59,268 bases of DNA from a virus: the IMG/VR virus record IMGVR_UViG_3300033407_000013; one strand, written 5' to 3'. A program made the translations under genes and the position numbers. Positions 50,879 to 59,268 of this stretch are shown here, one piece after another; within the stretch, counting starts at the first letter, position 1, and each line of letters opens with the position of its first letter. Under the pieces are notes generated by a model that had not been told where the DNA came from, made no database searches, and was given only the letters and a program-made list of their open reading frames with translations.

Positions 50879-52003
50879 CTAGAACTCGCGGGTGACGAGA
50901 CGCGCGAACTTGACCTGCTTCCGCTCGGGGCGGCGGCGGTCCCAGCTCGTCGCGATGTTGAGGTTGTTCGTCGTCGCGTCGTTCGACGGTCCGCCACTCG
51001 CCGGCGTGCCGATGTAGGCGTGCCCAGTCGGGTGGATCGTCCACTCGGTGCGGGTGTGCAGGATGTCCTGCCCGCCACCGTTGCCGGCGCTCGCCTTGCG
51101 CTCGATCTCGGTCGCGTCCTCGCGGCTCATGACGCCGAGCGCGGCAGCGCCAGCGCCGAACAGCCACGTCTCGAAGATGCCGGCGGCGCCTGCCGTGCCG
51201 TCGCCGCGAACCGCGGCCGTGCTGCTCGGCACGCCGTCGTCGATGATCACCTCGCGACCGAGGAAGGTCGGGATCATGATCTCGCCGCGCGCGTCCGGGA
51301 TGAAGTCGATCAGGTTGTTCTTCTGCATCCGGTTGAACACGACGCTGTGGACCATCACGGCGACCAAGTCCTCCATCGAGTCGCCCATCGTCAGGGTCGC
51401 ATCGAGGAACGCCTCGGCCGAGAAGTTGGTCACGCCGTCGACGAAGCCGGCGCCCGCGATATCCTCCGCGTAGTCGCCGGAGTCGTTCACGCCGTTGTCC
51501 TTCGACACGCCCTGCATGGTCGCGATGAACGCGGCCTGCAAACGGCGCATCCAGTAGAAGCCGACGCGGCCTCCGATCGCCGCCATCGGGTCGGAGCCAG
51601 CGAGCGCGCGCACGAGCCGCGCCGAGCTCCACGCCTTGTGCCGCTTGAGGCGCACGGCGATCTCGGTGTCCGTCTCGATCTTCGCGGGGATCGAGTCGTT
51701 CAGGGTCGTGGCGCCGGGGATGTCGGCGAACGTACCGCCCGCGCCTTGGCCACCGCTCGACATCGCGATGATGTCCGCCGGGTCGTCGGTCACGACGTCC
51801 TCGGCTTCGTTGTCGAGGTCGCGCCACGACGGCACGTTGAAGGTCAGGCCACCGCCGGCGAGCAGGCTGTCGAGGAAGGGGTCGCGCTGCAGCACGCCGG
51901 CTTGCACGATGCGAGCCTTCTCCTCTGTGATCTGCTGGATGTAGGGGCTGAAAACCTCGGGAACGATGACGTCCGAGACTTGCGTGATCGGTCCGGCTGC
52001 CAT
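50879..52003 (-). CDS. Major capsid protein
   Basis: 374 aa, directly after the scaffold gene and flanked by strong hairpins. The composition is typical of HK97-fold capsid proteins. Confidence 0.75.
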   Translation of the reverse strand: MAAGPITQVSDVIVPEVFSPYIQQITEEKARIVQAGVLQRDPFLDSLLAGGGLTFNVPSWRDLDNEAEDVVTDDPADIIAMSSGGQGAGGTFADIPGATTLNDSIPAKIETDTEIAVRLKRHKAWSSARLVRALAGSDPMAAIGGRVGFYWMRRLQAAFIATMQGVSKDNGVNDSGDYAEDIAGAGFVDGVTNFSAEAFLDATLTMGDSMEDLVAVMVHSVVFNRMQKNNLIDFIPDARGEIMIPTFLGREVIIDDGVPSSTAAVRGDGTAGAAGIFETWLFGAGAAALGVMSREDATEIERKASAGNGGGQDILHTRTEWTIHPTGHAYIGTPASGGPSNDATTNNLNIATSWDRRRPERKQVKFARLVTREF

Positions 52004-52122
52004 AGATGGCCCTCGTCGGGATGGTGCTTCGTGGGTCTTCCCTCGAAGCCGTCGACCATGCGGCAGCTCGCCGGGGCGCGCCCGTCTGCGGCGACCACGC
52101 GCCGCTCAGGTCCCTACGCTGC

Positions 52123-52159
52123 GGGAGCCGCGGGGGAGCGTCACGCGCCCGCGGCTCCC
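52123..52159 (-). terminator. Perfect 12-bp stem-loop between the scaffold and capsid genes
   Basis: GGGAGCCGCGGG-(13 nt)-CCCGCGGCTCCC inside a 206-bp gap. Confidence 0.4.
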
Positions 52160-52209
52160 GAAACCTGAGGCTCTGCGAGGGCCGTGTCAAGCCCCCGCTT
52201 TGGGTGCTC

Positions 52210-53058
52210 CTAACCTTTCGGCTTGGGCGGCTCGATCGCGTGCAGGCTCGATCCAGCGGACCGCGCCGCCTGTTCGGCCTTCTCCTTGCCGTGCTCGCGG
52301 ACGAACTGGGCCTGCTTGGTCTTGTTCCAGTGGTCGGCCCCCCACGGGTTGTCGCCCGAGATTCCGCCGCCCAGAGGACCGGAACCGGGCCGACCCGGGC
52401 CACCGCGCGAGCCCGGGAGCCAGCCGGGTCGCTTCGCCGCGAGCTCGGTCAGCCAGTCCTTCGGCGTGGCGCCGGGCGTCAGCCCGTTGAGCCCGTCCCG
52501 CACGCTGTACGACCCGTCGTCGCCGCGCTGCAGGTGACGCTCGGCGTAGAGCAACACGTCGTCTTCGTGTTCAGGCACGATCTTCAGCTCGCGCATGACC
52601 GGGCGAACGACGTCCTCGCGCTCGCGTCGGTGGACGACCTCGGTCAGCGAGCCGTTCGACTCCTTGAGCTCGTCACGCTCCTTCTCCAGCCCGCGGATCT
52701 GCCGCTCGAGCGGGGCCACCTTGGTCTTCGAGATGCCCTCGGCGCGCTTGTTCGCGAGCTCGTCGATCTTCGCCTCGTCGAGCTTGCCAGCCGCGGCGGC
52801 CTCGAGCTCTTCGATGCGGTCGAGCTTGCCTTGCACCTCCTCCTTGTTCCAGCCGTCCCACTCGGCGAGCTTGGCCTTCGCGTCCTTGTGGTCCTTCCGC
52901 TCCTTGTCGAGCGACGCCTGCACTCGGGCCACGTCCTGCGGCGTCTTCACGCCCTCGATCCCGGTCAGCTCCCACTTCCCGTCCTTCTCGGTGTAGAGCT
53001 CGCGGTACGTCTCGGGGATCTCCTCCTGCTTATCGTGGATCGCTTTCAGTCCACTCAT
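52210..53058 (-). CDS. Scaffolding protein
   Basis: 282 aa, Lys/Glu-rich coiled coil (KERKDHKDAKAKLAEWDGWNKEEVQGKLDRIEELEAAAAGKLDE...). It lies between the MuF-like and capsid genes. Confidence 0.7.
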   Translation of the reverse strand: MSGLKAIHDKQEEIPETYRELYTEKDGKWELTGIEGVKTPQDVARVQASLDKERKDHKDAKAKLAEWDGWNKEEVQGKLDRIEELEAAAAGKLDEAKIDELANKRAEGISKTKVAPLERQIRGLEKERDELKESNGSLTEVVHRREREDVVRPVMRELKIVPEHEDDVLLYAERHLQRGDDGSYSVRDGLNGLTPGATPKDWLTELAAKRPGWLPGSRGGPGRPGSGPLGGGISGDNPWGADHWNKTKQAQFVREHGKEKAEQAARSAGSSLHAIEPPKPKG

Positions 53059-53134
53059 GGTCAGTTGCTTCCTTCGTTCATGGTTGCGCGCTGCGCTGCA
53101 GCGACTTGGCTTCTACTCGTCTCGGCCGACACGA

Positions 53135-54364
53135 TCAAGCGGCCGTGCTCAGGAAGTCGGCAGGGTCGAGACCTGCGGCGCGGAAGGCATCGGCCTCGAA
53201 ACGCGCCAGGTCGGACAGAGGGAGCTCGTTCCCGGCCGCATCGACGAAGCGATCGAGCGAGAGACCGCCCTCGCGAAACAGCCTCGCCTTGGTGACGCCG
53301 AGCACGTCCTCCTGGAACTTGCGCGACTGCCGGCGCAAGAACTGGCCGTACGTCGTCTTCGCCGGCACCGTGCCGGTGAGCTCTCGCATCCGCTGTCTGG
53401 CCCACGCGTCGAACGAGCCCTTGTGACCGAGCGGCAGGTTCGCGCGCTTGGAGCCCTTGACCGGACCGAGTCCGTTCGCCTCAGCGTACTCGCGCACGAG
53501 GCCCTGCTGCGTGAACTCGCGCACCGGGCGATCGCCGATCACCTCGTCGTCGAAGACCATCACGAGCAGCGAGCGCTCGCCGAAGTGCAGCGGCAGGATC
53601 GGGATCGTCGGGTCGTCGACCTCCCACGTCTTCCCGTCTAGCGCGCGGCAGATGGGCGTCGTCCTCGAGTCGAGCGTCGCGACGAAGAGCTGCCGGCCGC
53701 CCATCTCCTGGTTCGCCAACGCCAGCTCGCGCCGCGCCTGCGCGCCGACGCCGTTCACCATCGTGCGCGTGATCGTTTCGGCCTGGCGGCGCGTAACCTC
53801 GGTCACGCCGTCGCGGCCCTTGAGCTTGAGGGTGCCGACGACGCGCCGGGCGATCTGCCGCGGGTGCTCTCCTTGCACCATGCCAATGCGGACCTGGCTC
53901 ACGATGCGGTCGAGGTCGGCGCGCTGGACGCTCTCGGCCCACTCCGAGAGCGTCTTCCCGTGGAACGGCTGCGCCGTCACGATCGCGCGCAGCACGGCCG
54001 GGTCCGGCAGTACCATGCCGAGCTCGACCGGGAACACGGTGCCGGCGATGCCGGCCACGAAGCCCGGCTCGGCGAGCGCGAACGCGCGCAGCTCGGTGCG
54101 CCACAGGTCGGTGACCTCGGACCAGGCCTTGATCCGCGTCTCGCGCAGCCCCTTGAGCACGCGCTCCATGCGCCGCAGGTTCGCCGGCGTAAGCTCACCG
54201 GGCAGACCACGCCGAAGCCGATCGGCGATCTCCCGCCGCATGTCGGCCTCGGTCGCGTCGAGAATCCGCCAGATGCGGTTCCGCAGGTGGCCCGAGAAGC
54301 GCAGCAACCCGATCTGGTGGCGGATCATCGCGTCGAGGAGCTCTTCGTTGAAGGTGTCGGCCAT
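53135..54364 (-). CDS. Head morphogenesis protein (SPP1 gp7 / Mu F-like)
   Basis: RQAETITRTMVNGVGAQARRE...ATLDSRTTPICRALDGKTWE are motifs typical of Phage_Mu_F. Confidence 0.75.
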   Translation of the reverse strand: MADTFNEELLDAMIRHQIGLLRFSGHLRNRIWRILDATEADMRREIADRLRRGLPGELTPANLRRMERVLKGLRETRIKAWSEVTDLWRTELRAFALAEPGFVAGIAGTVFPVELGMVLPDPAVLRAIVTAQPFHGKTLSEWAESVQRADLDRIVSQVRIGMVQGEHPRQIARRVVGTLKLKGRDGVTEVTRRQAETITRTMVNGVGAQARRELALANQEMGGRQLFVATLDSRTTPICRALDGKTWEVDDPTIPILPLHFGERSLLVMVFDDEVIGDRPVREFTQQGLVREYAEANGLGPVKGSKRANLPLGHKGSFDAWARQRMRELTGTVPAKTTYGQFLRRQSRKFQEDVLGVTKARLFREGGLSLDRFVDAAGNELPLSDLARFEADAFRAAGLDPADFLSTAA

Positions 54365-54367
54365 GCG

Positions 54368-54601
54368 CTACTCGAGTTCGCACTCCTCGACCCACTCGAC
54401 GTGACGTTGGCTATCCAACGTCCACACGATCTCGTAGATGATTCGCGGACCGCATTGGACCTGGATGGCGATCACGCGGACGCCCAGGTCGCCGCCGAGG
54501 CGGGCGCGCGATCCAATCGGCCGAAGCGACAGGCCATCGACGTAGACCTGCGTCTCGACGTGCTGCGCCATCTTCCTCGTGCCCATCGAGGTCACTTCCA
54601 C
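54368..54601 (-). CDS. Small hypothetical protein (up to 77 aa)
   Basis: It sits between the portal and MuF-like genes. The start is GTG 54601 or ATG 54586. Confidence 0.4.
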   Translation of the reverse strand: MEVTSMGTRKMAQHVETQVYVDGLSLRPIGSRARLGGDLGVRVIAIQVQCGPRIIYEIVWTLDSQRHVEWVEECELE

Positions 54602-54607
54602 CGCGGC

Positions 54608-56194
54608 TTAGGATTCTTCTTCCCCTTCTTCGGCATCTTCGCCTTCCTCGTCGTCGGTCTCCGCTTCTTCGGGTTCCTCGTCGTCTTCGGGGCCGTCCTC
54701 GCTCGTCGATCCCGCGGTGCCCCGCAGCACCTCGATCTCCTCCTCCTTCTCGATCAGCTCGAGCTCCTCCTCGAAGGTGAGGCTGGACATCCCGCGGTCC
54801 TCCATGATCCTGTGAATTGTCTCGTGGGCGATCGGCGCACCGAGCATCTTCGCGCCCATGAGCTCGGCCAGCTCCTTGCCCGTGATCTCGTCGTCGGTGA
54901 AGTCGAGGTTCGGCGTGACGATCACCTCGTCGGGATCCGCGCCGATCCAGCGCGCGATCTTGCGGAGGAGCTCCTGCAAGCCGAACGCGCCGGCCAGCGC
55001 AATCTGGTTCAGCGTCGCCGTACGCGCAGCGACGCGCACCTTGAGCGCGCCCTCGCTCTCGCGCTGCCGGGAGGTCTCGTCGATCATCTCGCCGGCCTTG
55101 CGCGACGCCTGCGTACGGTCGTTCTCGAGTGCCATGCGCATCTCGGGGAGTCCGCCGGAGTCCGCCCCGATGAACTTCGCGTCGCCGCCGATCGGCAGGT
55201 CGATCGAGGCGCCCGCACCGATGCGGTGCTGCGTCTGCCCGGGCGTCTCCGAGATGTGTCCGATCGTCACGAGCGTGTCCTGGCCCTGCATGAACAGCGC
55301 TTGCCGGTAATCGGCCTCGGTGCGATAGATCGTCAACGCCATGTTGGACAGGCCGAGCAGCACCGGCTCCTCGGGATCCGCGACGACGTCCTTGCTGTTG
55401 ATGAACTCGAACGGGATCTCGTTCGCCACGTTGCCGGCAACCATCGGCGTGACGAGGCCGGACTCGCGGAACTCGAGCCCGCTGTTCTCGCCTGGCGAGA
55501 GCTGGCTCTCGACGCCGGTCGTCTCCCGGAAGATGCCGACGCGGTAGACGCCCTCACCCGCCGGCTCGTTCACGTCGGGATCTCCGAGCACGAGCACGCG
55601 GTACTTCCGCCGCCGCTCCCAGTCGAAGGTCCCCGAGCTCGCGGTGAAGCTACGCTCGAACTCAGTCTCGTCGAGCACGACCAAGTTCAGGTTCTCGAGC
55701 TCGATCCCGGTGCGCCGACCCTCGTCCCAGTTGATGATGTCCTCGGCGCGGTAGAACGCGATGAACGGAAGCTGCAACCCGGGGCCGTCCACCGGCTCGG
55801 CCAGCAGCCCGCACCGCGACGTCGTAAGCTGCTCTTCGTTGATCCTCCGCAAGAGCATCTCGAGCGACTCGTTCTTGAGCGTTGCCCGCTCGAGCAGCGG
55901 AGCCATCGACTCGGGGAGCTCGATCACCGGCGGCTTGCGGTGCATGACCCCGAGCATCGCCTCGACGGCTTGGCGCACGACGTCGGGGAAGACCGCGCGG
56001 CTCAGGTAGGCCATGTACGCCTTGAAGCCCTCGGCCTGCGTGTTCTCGATGCCGTCGGTGATCATCCCCGCGGTCGGCGGCAGGTACCTCCCTCGGGCCG
56101 CCTTCACGACCCGCTGTCCGCGGTAGGTGTCGCGCATCTGTCGCCAGTCCAGCTCGAACTCGGTGTAGAGGGGGTGCTTCGCGTCGACGCCCAT
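54608..56194 (-). CDS. Portal protein
   Basis: 528 aa, directly downstream of the large terminase. AGGAG lies upstream of ATG 56194. The C-terminal tail is strongly acidic (EDGPEDDEEPEEAETDDEEGEDAEEGEEES). Confidence 0.75.
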   Translation of the reverse strand: MGVDAKHPLYTEFELDWRQMRDTYRGQRVVKAARGRYLPPTAGMITDGIENTQAEGFKAYMAYLSRAVFPDVVRQAVEAMLGVMHRKPPVIELPESMAPLLERATLKNESLEMLLRRINEEQLTTSRCGLLAEPVDGPGLQLPFIAFYRAEDIINWDEGRRTGIELENLNLVVLDETEFERSFTASSGTFDWERRRKYRVLVLGDPDVNEPAGEGVYRVGIFRETTGVESQLSPGENSGLEFRESGLVTPMVAGNVANEIPFEFINSKDVVADPEEPVLLGLSNMALTIYRTEADYRQALFMQGQDTLVTIGHISETPGQTQHRIGAGASIDLPIGGDAKFIGADSGGLPEMRMALENDRTQASRKAGEMIDETSRQRESEGALKVRVAARTATLNQIALAGAFGLQELLRKIARWIGADPDEVIVTPNLDFTDDEITGKELAELMGAKMLGAPIAHETIHRIMEDRGMSSLTFEEELELIEKEEEIEVLRGTAGSTSEDGPEDDEEPEEAETDDEEGEDAEEGEEES

Positions 56195-56250
56195 TGGGAA
56201 CTCCTGCGGCCCGGGGACGCGCAGAACGTACAGACCGCGAGCGCGCGGTG

Positions 56251-57888
56251 CTAGTAGTGGCCCGAAACGCGGCCCGACTTCGCGTGCATCCCGCGGAACC
56301 GAACCCGGTAGCGCGTCTCGTCGCCAGCGTGGTCCTCCGAGTCGGTGTCGACGTCGTCCATGTCTCGCTCGTCGCGCGGGAGAGAGAGCACCGTGCGGAT
56401 CCACTGCGAGCACTCGTCGACGACGACGAAGAGGCCCGGCTGCTCGCGCGGAAGCCCGTCCCTCGGCTGCGCAGCCTTCATCATCTTCCGCATGAGCTCC
56501 CAACCGTTCTTCCGCGAACCCGGACCCTTGTCGCTAGGTAGCCAGGTGATCCCCGGGTACACGCGGCCGTCGATCCGCACCGGCGCTTGCATGTCGGTCG
56601 CGATGCACATCCCGTTCTCGACGTTGAAGATCGAGGAGTCGGCCGGACCTGGCTTCACGCGGCAACCGGCCGAGTCGCGCCAGCCCCACATGAGCTCGCG
56701 CTCGACGATGCCCCTTGTAACGTCGGCCGCCACCGACATGCCCTCCCTGCCACTGGCCAAGATACCTTCGTTCGCGCGACCCGTCCAGCCGTACCACTCG
56801 CGAACGCGGATCAGGTCACCGCGCACGGTCGAGTAGGCGCGACCGTCGGGCATGATCAGGTCGGAACCGTCCGACGTCGCCCACCATCCGACCGAGAAGG
56901 GCCTCGAGCTGCCCCAGTCGAACGCGCGGTCGATCCGCCAGCCGTACGGCACGACGAAGCGCGGCAAGCCGTTGTGGTCCATCGACCAGACGTCCGAGAA
57001 CATGCCGCCGGCGATCAGCTTCCACGAACCGTGCAGCCACGCATCGGCCATCGCACTGTTCGCCGCGGCCGCGCTGACGTTGGCCTTGTAGTGCGGATCG
57101 GCGTCGAGCAGCACGCGGTTCTCGTCGATGTGTCCATGGATCGCGACGCGCGCCGGCTCGGGGTGGCCGCGCTCGTCCTTCGCGTCGGTGATCACGATCG
57201 TCTTCCACCACTCGCCGTGCAGTCGGAACCGCTCCTTCACCCAGCCGTGCCCGACGCCGTACGGGTTCGTCGTGGCCCTCACCTTGCGCGGCGCGTCCGG
57301 CGGCAGCGAGCTCGAGCGGTTGCACGAGAACATCGACCTGTAGCAGCGGTCGTCGGGCCAGTTGGTGAGCTCCTCCCAGCCGATCCATGGGTACTCGTGG
57401 CCGTGGTAGCTCCAGTAATCATCGGGCCGGCGCATGTGCCGGAAGAACAGCACCTCGCCCGACGGCCACTCCCACGCCATCCTCTGCCGGTTGAAGGTCG
57501 CGTTCGGGAAAATCTGCCGGAACCACCGCTCGGACTTCGCGACGACGTCGGCGAGCTGTGGGTACGTCTCGCGGAAAAGAATCCCACGCCAAGCCGCGCC
57601 GTAGCCTCGGCGCTCACCAGGCCGCTGCGCCGGACCAGTGTGCTGCGCGAAGTCCATCAACAGCGCGTCGGTCTTGCCCGGCCCCCTCGTTCCGTGAAAC
57701 AGGCACTCCGGAAACGGGCAGCACATGAATCGCTCCTGCGAACCCGGCTGCGGGCACCAGGTCACGAGCTTGCCATCGACGTAGCGCTCGGTCGGAGGGC
57801 CTTTCGCGGCAGCGATGCGCGCCTCCTCGAGCGCGGCTTCGAACTCAGCGCGTTCTTCTTCGGTCGGCGTTAGGGCGGCGTCGGCCAC
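56251..57888 (-). CDS. terL: Terminase large subunit
   Basis: Walker A LFHGTRGPGKTDALL and a C-terminal nuclease-like region (..FVVVDECSQW...DDVDTDSEDHAGDETRY). 545 aa. GTG start. Confidence 0.85.
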   Translation of the reverse strand: MADAALTPTEEERAEFEAALEEARIAAAKGPPTERYVDGKLVTWCPQPGSQERFMCCPFPECLFHGTRGPGKTDALLMDFAQHTGPAQRPGERRGYGAAWRGILFRETYPQLADVVAKSERWFRQIFPNATFNRQRMAWEWPSGEVLFFRHMRRPDDYWSYHGHEYPWIGWEELTNWPDDRCYRSMFSCNRSSSLPPDAPRKVRATTNPYGVGHGWVKERFRLHGEWWKTIVITDAKDERGHPEPARVAIHGHIDENRVLLDADPHYKANVSAAAANSAMADAWLHGSWKLIAGGMFSDVWSMDHNGLPRFVVPYGWRIDRAFDWGSSRPFSVGWWATSDGSDLIMPDGRAYSTVRGDLIRVREWYGWTGRANEGILASGREGMSVAADVTRGIVERELMWGWRDSAGCRVKPGPADSSIFNVENGMCIATDMQAPVRIDGRVYPGITWLPSDKGPGSRKNGWELMRKMMKAAQPRDGLPREQPGLFVVVDECSQWIRTVLSLPRDERDMDDVDTDSEDHAGDETRYRVRFRGMHAKSGRVSGHY

Positions 57889-57916
57889 GACAAGAGCGTA
57901 GTTCGACCCGCGTCAG

Positions 57917-58147
57917 TCAGTCGTGCTCGAATCCTAGTGCGCTCGCGACGATCTGCGTCCACAGCGCAAGATTGACGCAGTTCCACGTCGGACGGTCCTC
58001 GATATCGAGCAGCTCGCGGATCGTGTGCCAGTCGTCGCCCGCCTGGCCGCCGGTCTCGTAGCCGCAGCGCAGGCACGGTCGCTGCGAATGCTTCCGCAGC
58101 CGCGCGCCGCACGCCGGACAGTAGGCCGCGTCAAGCCGGTACTTCAC
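57917..58147 (-). CDS. Zinc-ribbon protein (76 aa)
   Basis: CPACGARLRKHSQRPCLRCG gives CxxC...CxxC. The GTG start is in a GTGA overlap with the upstream stop. Confidence 0.5.
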   Translation of the reverse strand: MKYRLDAAYCPACGARLRKHSQRPCLRCGYETGGQAGDDWHTIRELLDIEDRPTWNCVNLALWTQIVASALGFEHD

Positions 58148-59154
58148 AGGTCGCCATTGGTCATGCCCACCGCGTTGCCGCGGACCGTCACGAGGTACGT
58201 ATCCCAGTCAATCCGACTGTCGTACGTGTAGTGGCGCACCTCGACCGTCGTGGGGTCCAGGTCGTCGATCTCGGTCGCGAGGATCTCGATCAAGCGCTGC
58301 CGCGTCGGACAAGGGCGGGCCGTCGTCATCGACTCCTGCAAGTTGCCGCGCTGCCATCGGAACAGTAGGTCGCCCTCGGCGTCCTCGGGCGGCTCATCGA
58401 CCGCGACTTTCGCCATCGAGTGCCGCGCACTCGGGCGGTGCAGGTCGGGCCGGTCCTCGCCGATCCGGCCGTCCGGCTGCAACTCGATCGTCGCCGCCTG
58501 CTTGCGCCTGATGCCCTGCGCGAGCAGATCCCACCGGCGGCGCACGAAGTCGGCCACCTCTTCGTCGGTGCCCTCGGCGTTGGTCCCGTAGTTGGTGATC
58601 ACGTCGCCGCCGTGCGTCGTGATCGTGAAGAACCGCACGGTGCCGAGCGCGGTCTTCACGAACTCGTCGTGGCCGGCCTGCGCCGGCGCAACCGGTGGCT
58701 CGGGTTCGTCAACCGCCTTCGGGTCCTTGCCACCCCAGTTCGGACGTGTACCGCCGAAGCCCCCGGGCACGACGTGCTCCTCGCTGCACGGCGCGGCGCA
58801 CGCATCCTCGAGCGCATTGAGCAAGCCGTCTACGTTCTCGACACCGCCAGCGCGCAGCCCAGGGGTGCCATCGCCAGGCACGGGCAACGTGATCTCCTTC
58901 GGAGCACCCATCTGTTCCGTCCACTCATTCACAGCGGCCTGCGGGCCACGGCGGTCTTCGTCAGTCGTGTGCTCGTCGATGCGCACACGCTTGACCTTCT
59001 CGGCCTTGGCCGCCGCGAACAACTCATCGCTCAGGAAGCCCAGGATCGCGAGCATCTTCCCCTCGCCCACGCTCTCGGCCGAAACCGACACCTCCTCGAG
59101 AGGCACCCACGCCTTCCCATTCCACACGCCGACCTTCCAAGTCCTCGTCGTCAC
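58144..59154 (-). CDS. Hypothetical protein (336 aa), starts inside the terminal repeat
   Basis: GTG at 59154 overlaps (GTGA) the stop of CDS 10..867 when the contig is circularised. I prefer it to the ORF-track start at 59217. Confidence 0.55.
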   Translation of the reverse strand: MTTRTWKVGVWNGKAWVPLEEVSVSAESVGEGKMLAILGFLSDELFAAAKAEKVKRVRIDEHTTDEDRRGPQAAVNEWTEQMGAPKEITLPVPGDGTPGLRAGGVENVDGLLNALEDACAAPCSEEHVVPGGFGGTRPNWGGKDPKAVDEPEPPVAPAQAGHDEFVKTALGTVRFFTITTHGGDVITNYGTNAEGTDEEVADFVRRRWDLLAQGIRRKQAATIELQPDGRIGEDRPDLHRPSARHSMAKVAVDEPPEDAEGDLLFRWQRGNLQESMTTARPCPTRQRLIEILATEIDDLDPTTVEVRHYTYDSRIDWDTYLVTVRGNAVGMTNGDL

Positions 59155-59268
59155 GCGACCTTCTCTGCGGGCAGCCTCTCCAACTCCTCCAATACGATCG
59201 CGCGGATGCGCTCCCACGCATGGCTTTTGGCGCCGTCGGCGGCGGCGGAGGCGGCGGAGGCGGCGGCG
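59142..59268. repeat. Terminal direct repeat, right copy (identical to 1..127)
   Basis: Read directly, with no mismatch seen. Confidence 0.95.

Noticed and set aside
49308-52403. 1031-aa minus-strand ORF in the track, and similar long N-terminal extensions (e.g. 54608..56503, 32578..36108, 24212..25522, 7687..8940, 12386..13576).
   Set aside because: Only the 3' parts look coding, with motifs, SD sites and overlaps with upstream stops. The 5' parts run out of frame over neighbouring genes and are Arg/Pro/Gly-rich. I trimmed the starts accordingly.

Overview
The window is a complete dsDNA phage genome, not a chromosomal segment. Bases 1-127 recur exactly at 59142-59268, so the contig closes into a circle of 59141 unique bp. 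It is high-GC. I call about 72 genes, and every one is on the minus strand, many joined by ATGA/GTGA stop-start overlaps. Read in transcription order (descending coordinates), the modules are:
- **Packaging and head (57888-47753):** large terminase, portal, MuF-like protein, scaffold, major capsid, connector.
- **Siphovirus-type tail (47752-32315):** tube, G/GT chaperone with a GGGAAAC -1 frameshift site, tape measure, two paralogous proteins, distal-tail proteins like those of gene transfer agents (GTAs), and a gpJ-like protein.
- **Accessory block (32215-25902):** XRE regulator, a secreted beta-helix enzyme, a membrane-anchored GGDEF diguanylate cyclase coupled to holin-like genes, and an exported protein.
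- **Replication and recombination (25722-14420):** DUF6011 protein, Cas4-like nuclease, Sak4-like ATPase, SSB-like protein, ERCC4 nuclease, RecD-like helicase, primase-helicase, SMC-like ATPase.
- **Out-of-place fibre-like island (13497-9999):** contains nested tandem repeats.
- **Early-type genes (10002-5802):** ParB-like protein, methyltransferase, DUF932, Gp37/Gp68, and a protein related to DnaA domain IV.
- **Five small coupled genes (5460-4205):** three junctions share a conserved 20-bp sequence.
- **Terminase-proximal block (3899-10, continuing across the junction to 57917):** a TerS-like HTH protein, several exported or unknown proteins, and a protein with a 100-residue Ala/Ser tract.

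I found no integrase, tRNA, CRISPR array, DNA polymerase or recognisable endolysin. The most interesting candidates are the phage-borne GGDEF cyclase inside a lysis-like cassette, the small-gene array with conserved junctions, and the repeat-rich proteins. All family assignments come from motifs read by eye and need HMM or structure confirmation.
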